DNA from: Snowella sp.
GTDB taxonomy: Bacteria; Cyanobacteriota; Cyanobacteriia; Cyanobacteriales; Microcystaceae
Direction of reading: 5' to 3'
NCBI GenBank assembly: GCA_035285545.1
Contig: JAYKGY010000132.1
Coordinates: 1 to 12,666, forward strand
DNA: 12,666 nucleotides
Shown here: positions 8,501 through 12,666 of the stretch, piece after piece
Position numbering within the stretch: position 1 is the stretch's first letter
Layout: the number at the start of each line of letters is the position of its first letter
Translations under genes and position numbers: made by a program
The notes under the pieces: generated by a model
What the model was told of the DNA's origin: nothing
Database searches by the model: none
The model's input: only the letters and a program-made list of their open reading frames with translations

Positions 8501-8628
8501 ATCTCTTCATTGAACGCATGGACGGTAACGAAAAAATCTTTATGCAATTCATGAACGACGAAGAATTTCAGCGTGAAGTTTTTGAAAAGCTACTAAATAG
8601 TATCTATAACAGACTTAATGCTGCCTAA
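5599..8628 (+). CDS. hsdR: Type I restriction endonuclease subunit R
   Basis: 1009 aa; PD-(D/E)xK nuclease (IPDMILSINGLPIATLELKN), Walker A HSAGSGKS, DEAH box (IIDEAHS), motif III FTATP, TGFDQP and QTLSRLNR. The ORF looks intact. Confidence 0.96.
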   Translation: MHLEINFEEIIEHELITDCGYHSGNSSDYDPENALFPSEIVNFIQNTQLKKWEKLSKTNPHNAETVLIDSLTKELKGRGMLDVLRNGFKCYGTKFQIAYFQPNTGMNPDTLALYGKNRLTCTRQVTIKTGRIPDMILSINGLPIATLELKNAFTGSRAENAIYQYKNERDPKDPLFIFKERCLVHFAVGTEEVYMTTKLDGKNTYFLPFNKGNRNGAGNPSDPKGYRVSYLWQEVLQRDSILDILARFLHIKTEKIDIKTENGIKHHIKETVIFPRYHQLDVVRKLIAHSKQHKSGHNYLIQHSAGSGKSNSIGWLAHRLSNLHDEQDQKIFHSVIVITDRTVLDQQLQDTIYQFEHKAGVVQKIDENTQQLATALSDGTSIIISTIQKFPFITQAIKTLEKKGKKLNINTANKRFAIIIDEAHSSQTGETAIELRKILNQDGIEAAIANQILEDDLDEEDLSDAAKKELLREQLKRTKQPNLSYFAFTATPKQKTLLVFDEPGDTGEAPFHLYTMRQAIEEGYIKDVLANYTCYKRYYELIKLSQDDPELPRRKTAQAITRFVELHPHNIAQKVEIIIEHFRNHTRHKIGGRAKAMVVTSSREQAVTYKLAFDKYVKEKGYTDIKCLVAFSGSVSLQEYPEQTFTEVNMNGGIKSKEIPKKFESEEYQVLLVANKFQTGFDQPLLHTMFVDKRLAGVQAVQTLSRLNRTAQGKEDTFVLDFVNSQEDIYQAFKPYYEETPIGEGADPQQLNDLSHQLYTWQLFSHDDVNQWCEIWFRPKTSLTGGEHQKLNSLLDPIIDRYLNLADLDQEQFKKQLTSFRNLYLFLAQIIPYQDSDLEKLYAYGRFLLKKLPRNTEVPKIDLSGDIELKFYRLERVSEGSINLNDGETPEPLRGATAVGTGRTDQRLPLSDLINSLNERFGTDFTLADQLFFEQITETAIANDSLKQAAKVNSKENFAPVFYKHLEDLFIERMDGNEKIFMQFMNDEEFQREVFEKLLNSIYNRLNAA

Positions 8629-8652
8629 TCTTCGATATTACACATATTTCGG

Positions 8653-8934
8653 CTAAGCAATCGGATTTTTACCATATTTGATAAAAAGTTCATTTAAAGC
8701 CTCAGAAAGTAAAGCTTGAATAGTGCTATCCCGATCTAAGGCAAGCTGCCTGAGTTGCCGAGAAACGGCTGGATCAAAATAACCCGTAATTGCCTTTTTT
8801 CCCTGACGACTAGGCGGAAGAACAGCATTATTACTTGGCTTCCCTTCTACAGAAACAGAGGATTCTTGCGGGACAGGAGTGGCTTTACCGCTGGCTTCCT
8901 GTAAAGCTGATGCTAAACTCGTTTTCTTTACCAT
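8653..8934 (-). CDS. Small C-terminal ribbon-helix-helix protein; ParG-like putative centromere-binding partner of ParA
   Basis: 93 aa from ATG 8934 (MVKKTSLASAL...): flexible N-terminal half, then PSRQGKKAITGYFDPAVSRQLRQLALDRDSTIQALLSEALNELFIKYG (RHH pattern). Co-oriented downstream of parA. The extension to 9006 is just translated repeat array. Confidence 0.75.
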   Translation of the reverse strand: MVKKTSLASALQEASGKATPVPQESSVSVEGKPSNNAVLPPSRQGKKAITGYFDPAVSRQLRQLALDRDSTIQALLSEALNELFIKYGKNPIA

Positions 8935-9211
8935 GTTTACAATCCAACACTTTAGCTTAATAACATGTCCATAATTTATCATATAAACATGTTTGCATGT
9001 TAACAAAATAACTTGTTATTAGTTTTGCATGATGTTTTATTTACAATATTTTTCATTTATATGTCAACATAATTACAAATTTATATTCCATCAAGTTGAC
9101 TTGTTGGTATTTTAACTTGTTAATTTATTAACTTGTTTACATGTTTGCATGACAACATTATTACAACTAATCATTATTTTATGTTCATTTGTTTACATAT
9201 CCACTTGTAAA
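8932..9211. repeat. Phased array of 35 degenerate 8-bp units (approx. CAWGTTWA); putative centromere (parS/parH-like)
   Basis: Cut every 8 nt from 8932: catgttta caatccaa cactttag cttaataa catgtcca taatttat catataaa catgtttg catgttaa caaaataa cttgttat ... caagttga cttgttgg tattttaa cttgttaa tttattaa cttgttta catgtttg catgacaa ... catatcca cttgtaaa. Position 1 is C in 25/35 units and a pyrimidine in 35/35, with no phase slip. Confidence 0.8.
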
Positions 9212-9797
9212 GTTGTTTGATTTCTGCTGCGGCTTTCCCTTGAGGTTCGTACTCTTGAGCCGTTAGCCCAGCCGTCAATGAATTGGAAAAGGCTGCCCTA
9301 TTTTTTATATAGACAGGACAAACCGAAATCTCATAAATCGCGATCGCCTTTTTAGCATCTTCCGCTAAACCACCTCTTGGAGGCACTGTATTTAAAATAA
9401 TGCTGGCAGGTTTATCGGCAATTTTGACTAGATCAATTGTGCTGCCAATTGCTCGTAAATCTAAAATCGCGGGTCGGCAAGGAATCAAAATAAAATCAGC
9501 CGCTCTAGCTGCCACCAATGAAGCACTTTCAGAATGGGGAGCCGTATCAATAATTGCCAGTTTTGCACCAGCCTCTCGTGCAGCTTCTAAGACTTTTTCT
9601 AACCGACTCGATTGAGCAGAAACTACAACAGGACTTTCTTGTTCCCGACTATCTCCCCAACTTGTAGCACTCGCTTGAGGATCGATATCGATTAATGCCG
9701 TTTGTTGACCACTTAATTCCGCTGCAACCGCGAGATGAATCGCTAAAGTCGTCTTTCCTGCGCCACCTTTCTGAGAAAGAATAGATAATGTTTTCAT
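9174..9797 (-). CDS. parA: Short ParA-family partition ATPase (type Ib, ParF-like; no N-terminal HTH)
   Basis: 207 aa; deviant Walker A QKGGAGKTT, IDIDPQAS, Walker B IIDTAP and EYEPQGKAAAEI. Confidence 0.93.
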   Translation of the reverse strand: MKTLSILSQKGGAGKTTLAIHLAVAAELSGQQTALIDIDPQASATSWGDSREQESPVVVSAQSSRLEKVLEAAREAGAKLAIIDTAPHSESASLVAARAADFILIPCRPAILDLRAIGSTIDLVKIADKPASIILNTVPPRGGLAEDAKKAIAIYEISVCPVYIKNRAAFSNSLTAGLTAQEYEPQGKAAAEIKQLYKWICKQMNIK

Positions 9798-9866
9798 GTT
9801 TGCATGTTAACAAGTTAACAAAATTACATATTTACTATTAAGTATGACAGCAAGTAAACATATTAG
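9795..9866. repeat. Second phased 8-bp array (9 units) at and upstream of the parA start; putative operator
   Basis: catgtttg catgttaa caagttaa caaaatta catattta ctattaag tatgacag caagtaaa catattag. 9795-9813 (catgtttgcatgttaacaa) is identical to 8988-9006. Confidence 0.8.
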
Positions 9867-9893
9867 TTTCCCAACATCGCATCAGCACCTCCC

Positions 9894-9923
9894 TTGACAA
9901 AATTTGAAATAATTTGTTAGTTT
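9894..9923 (+). promoter_or_regulatory. Putative sigma70-type promoter divergent from parA
   Basis: TTGACA (9894-9899), 18-nt spacer ending in TGn, TAGTTT (9918-9923). Confidence 0.4.
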
Positions 9924-10348
9924 TATGAAATCAGCCTCTAGCGACTCGCAAGAGCTAACAGCAGTATTAATGTAGCCACGGTTCATTTTGCAACCCTGTC
10001 CGTTCCAAGCCGGTTAAATACAGAGGAATACAAAGTTGATGTCACTGACATCGTGTTTATGCCACAAACAAATAATTTTTGTACTTTCTCTGGATTATCT
10101 AGCCCAGTAGATTTGTCATCAATATATATTTGCAGTTTTTATTACTTGAACCTGCAATTGAATAGTTTTTTCCATCTAATTTTTGATGACTTTTCGCTTG
10201 GGTTATTGATGCTATTTTCAACAACCTAAATTGTTATTTCTCTCCAAGTTTGTTGTGACAGTCATATCTCACTAAGTGATTAAAGTGAGATTGCTTCAAT
10301 CAACAAATTGTTCTACATGCTTTGATGAGTAAGTAATTAACGACTTTT

Positions 10349-10393
10349 CAATACTTAATAGAAACGCAAAAATCTATTTTTTATTAAGTATTG
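10349..10393. repeat. Inverted repeat or hairpin with perfect 12-bp arms
   Basis: caatacttaata (10349-10360) and tattaagtattg (10382-10393); extendable inward by gaaa/tttt pairing. Confidence 0.7.
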
Positions 10394-10579
10394 GCCGTTC
10401 ACAAGCTTTCTTTGAAAAGACTTAAGGCTGAGAGATAACAAAAGCTTTTTCTGCAATTCATCAAACCTCATTACCCGATCTTCGTCGCCAAGCAATTCAA
10501 CAATTGTTAAGAAGATTACGTCTGACCAAGATTAGGAAAAAATTAACCTAATGTACGAAAGGAAGAGATGTATAATACC

Positions 10580-10623
10580 AAAAAAGAAAACCCCCGAAAT
10601 TTTGGCGATAGAAGGGGCTTTCT
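10580..10623 (-). terminator. Putative minus-strand intrinsic terminator in the rep leader (possible 3' end of a countertranscript)
   Basis: Minus strand AGAAAGCCCC-19 nt-GGGGTTTTCT followed by TTTTT. The stem closes fully (one G-U pair) only on the minus strand. Confidence 0.5.
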
Positions 10624-10642
10624 AAAAAAAAATTAAACTTTT

Positions 10643-10662
10643 AACCCTCTGGGAGGGGGGTT
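10643..10662 (+). promoter_or_regulatory. Hairpin sequestering the rep Shine-Dalgarno
   Basis: AACCCTCT-GGGA-GGGGGGTT forms an 8-bp stem (2 G-U pairs) with a GNRA loop, covering GGAGGGGGG just upstream of ATG 10668. Confidence 0.5.
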
Positions 10663-10667
10663 TTGCT

Positions 10668-12666
10668 ATGACTATAGAAAATCTAGCGGCTGATACGGTT
10701 ATATTAGCAAACAATGATAATGATGGCCAACAACTTTTAACGATTGATGTTGAAGCACATGAAGTCCCTGAAAGTGATGTTCCCGCTATCCCCGAAGAAA
10801 CTTGCCCAAAAACAATTAATCAGAAACATTGGGACGAATGGACAAAAGGAAGTGGAATTTCTCCAGAAATTACTAAAATATGTCTTCAATCCCTTAATGA
10901 TCGCCAAGAAATTGCTAAAAAACTTGGTTGGAAAGGTTATCCCACCCATAACCCCTTGGGATGGTTCGCCAGTGGGATCAGCCTTATCACATTAAAACCA
11001 CTAGCTTTTGGCCAATTTAAACCTGATACTCCCATCTTATTAAGCCCTGAAGATGAAAAACCCGCCAAATACCTAACGCCAAAAAATATCCCTTACGACG
11101 CGATCGCTCTCCCTGTGAGAGATTGGACTGCGATTATCAATGATCCGAGTGAACCCATCACGCTTGACGAAGGAATTAAAAAGACGGCCGCCCATGAAAC
11201 TTGTGGTTACACAGCGTTAGGCTTAGCAGGCGTGGAGATGGGTTTAAAAGATGGCCGTCTTGTCCCTAACTTAGACGTACTAGCTGTTAAAGGTCGTCCT
11301 TTTAACATTTGCTTTGACGCAGATCTAATAACTAAAGAAGGGGTAAAAAATGCATTGATCAGGCTGGCTACTGTTTTAAAGAAAAAAGGATGTTTAGTTT
11401 ACGTTATCCCAGCGTGGGATATATCGTTAGGGAAAGGTATTGATGACGTTCTAGCCAATCATGGCCCCGAAAAAGTCAAGGAAATTATGAATACAGCCAT
11501 TCCCTATCACAAGTGGTTAGCAGGACTGGAAAAACAACTCCAAGCCGAACTACCTAAAAATAAAAAATCAAAAATAACCCCTGCCGACATCATTGCGCGG
11601 GATATCGCTGAAGAATATCGTTCAAAACTTGCTTACAACAATGAATCGGGTCAGTGGATGCGCTATGAAGCTGACTTTTCAGGGGTCTGGAGTTCAGAAA
11701 CCAATGAGTATATCGAAGCAATCATCAGCCAAATTCTCGATGCGAAAGGAATCATCGGCTATGGAACTCATGGATACGTTATCAATATTCTTAAAAAGTT
11801 ACGCTCTCTTCTTATCGTTCGCAAATGGATCGAGCGATCGCCGAGTGAGTTAATTCCTTTCAAAAATGGGGTGTTAGAAGTCGCAACGGGCAAATTATTA
11901 CTCCATAGCCCTGGCTATCGTTTTACTTGGTCTATGCCAAGGGAACACAATACATTGGCTCAGGATTGGAACACGATTGATAAATTTCTCACGGAAGCCA
12001 CTGATAACAATCTTAAAATTAAAAAACTTCTCCTCTGTTTCTGTAATGCCGTTCTCAAAGGACGCTCTGACCTTCAAAAGTTTTTACACTTAACAGGGCC
12101 AGGCGGAACAGGTAAAGGAACCTTCATGCGCTTGCTGACGGACTTGATCGGTCAGAATAACACCCATACCTCAACCCTAGAGGACTGGTGTGGCAATCGC
12201 TTTGAAGCTGCTAATGCCTACAAAAAACGGTTGATTGTCTTTCCTGATGAGGATAAAAAAGTCGGCAGTCTAGGACGATTCAAAAGTCTTACGGGGGAAG
12301 ACTTCCTCAGAGCCGAGGAAAAAAGACAAAAGGCATTCCAGTTCAAGTATGACGGGATGGTGGTAGTCAGTAGTAACTTCCCCATCTTCCAAGGCGACAA
12401 CAGCAGTGGACTAACCCGACGAACCATTCTCGTTCCCTTTAATCATGTCCCCTTAGTCCGCGATCGCCGTAACCTTAATCAAGAATTTGAGCCTGAACTA
12501 TCGGCATTCATCAATTATTTACTTTCTATCCCCGATCAGGAAGTGACAGCAGCACTGATGGGAACGAATGATATAGCTGAGTTGAGTCAAGAATTTTGGA
12601 TCAATCAACAACGGACAAATTCTATCGCTGCTTGGTTGAATGATTGTGTCATTTATGACCCCCTAG
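10668..12666 (+). CDS. DUF3854/TOPRIM primase - D5_N - SF3 helicase fusion (P4/D5-family phage/plasmid primase); probable replication protein, 3' end outside window
   Basis: Translated by hand: open for 666 codons from ATG 10668 (MTIENLAADT...). HWDEWTKGSGI, GQFKPDTP, AKYLTP; TOPRIM PITLDEGIKK, ICFDAD, GKGIDD; D5_N-like IPFKNGVLEV; Walker A GPGGTGKGT (12096-12122), Walker B LIVFPDE, motif C VVSSN, arginine finger GLTRR. Absent from the ORF track because there is no stop in the window. Confidence 0.9.
   Translation, partial: MTIENLAADTVILANNDNDGQQLLTIDVEAHEVPESDVPAIPEETCPKTINQKHWDEWTKGSGISPEITKICLQSLNDRQEIAKKLGWKGYPTHNPLGWFASGISLITLKPLAFGQFKPDTPILLSPEDEKPAKYLTPKNIPYDAIALPVRDWTAIINDPSEPITLDEGIKKTAAHETCGYTALGLAGVEMGLKDGRLVPNLDVLAVKGRPFNICFDADLITKEGVKNALIRLATVLKKKGCLVYVIPAWDISLGKGIDDVLANHGPEKVKEIMNTAIPYHKWLAGLEKQLQAELPKNKKSKITPADIIARDIAEEYRSKLAYNNESGQWMRYEADFSGVWSSETNEYIEAIISQILDAKGIIGYGTHGYVINILKKLRSLLIVRKWIERSPSELIPFKNGVLEVATGKLLLHSPGYRFTWSMPREHNTLAQDWNTIDKFLTEATDNNLKIKKLLLCFCNAVLKGRSDLQKFLHLTGPGGTGKGTFMRLLTDLIGQNNTHTSTLEDWCGNRFEAANAYKKRLIVFPDEDKKVGSLGRFKSLTGEDFLRAEEKRQKAFQFKYDGMVVVSSNFPIFQGDNSSGLTRRTILVPFNHVPLVRDRRNLNQEFEPELSAFINYLLSIPDQEVTAALMGTNDIAELSQEFWINQQRTNSIAAWLNDCVIYDPL

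Larger units (their letters stand above)
218..12467. repeat. Dispersed HIP1 octamers (GCGATCGC), 9 copies
   Basis: Copies start at 218, 2170, 2512, 6937, 8416, 9340, 11100, 11834 and 12460. This is far above chance for an 8-mer in 12.7 kb and is a hallmark of cyanobacterial DNA. Confidence 0.9.

Noticed and set aside
309..8554. Short alternative-frame and antisense ORFs inside hsdM and hsdR (309-617, 509-772, 888-1148, 1596-1868, 5665-5901, 6245-6457, 6545-6799, 6654-6917, 7756-7965, 8255-8554, 8326-8547)
   Set aside because: Fully nested in well-supported genes with no recognisable motifs; shadow ORFs.
8629..8652. Terminator between convergent hsdR and the RHH gene
   Set aside because: The 24-bp gap has no convincing stem-loop with a U-tract.
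8935..9006. N-terminal extension of the RHH ORF to 9006
   Set aside because: It is the octamer array read through from a TTG; ATG 8934 is more plausible.
10059..10551. Small intergenic frames (~56 aa from ATG 10059; a basic 39-codon stretch from 10432)
   Set aside because: No RBS or recognisable motif, and the second is preceded by a stop with no ATG start; cannot be supported as genes or pseudogenes without a homology search.
9400..12427. ORFs 9400-9615, 10737-10949, 10744-10995, 11593-11853 and 12218-12427
   Set aside because: They overlap parA or the long primase-helicase frame and have no independent support.

Overview
Cyanobacterial DNA (9 HIP1 GCGATCGC sites), most likely a plasmid or plasmid-like element. 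1-8628 (+) is a type I restriction-modification operon (hsdM-hsdS-hsdR) with three PIN-domain toxin/antitoxin-like pairs inside it: one between hsdM and hsdS, two between hsdS and hsdR. The latter two form ~700-bp tandem cassettes that open with copies of the hsdS 3' end. hsdM appears to be interrupted at its 5' end by an IS5-family (IS1031-like) element whose terminal repeat is at the window start. 8653-9866 (-) is a type Ib-like partition module (short ParA plus RHH protein) with two strictly phased 8-bp repeat arrays (35 and 9 units). From 10668 to the window end (+) is an ORF missing from the supplied track: a DUF3854/TOPRIM primase fused to a D5/SF3 helicase, probably the replication protein. 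Its structured leader has the layout expected for antisense-RNA control. All family assignments come from reading motifs by eye, not from database searches.
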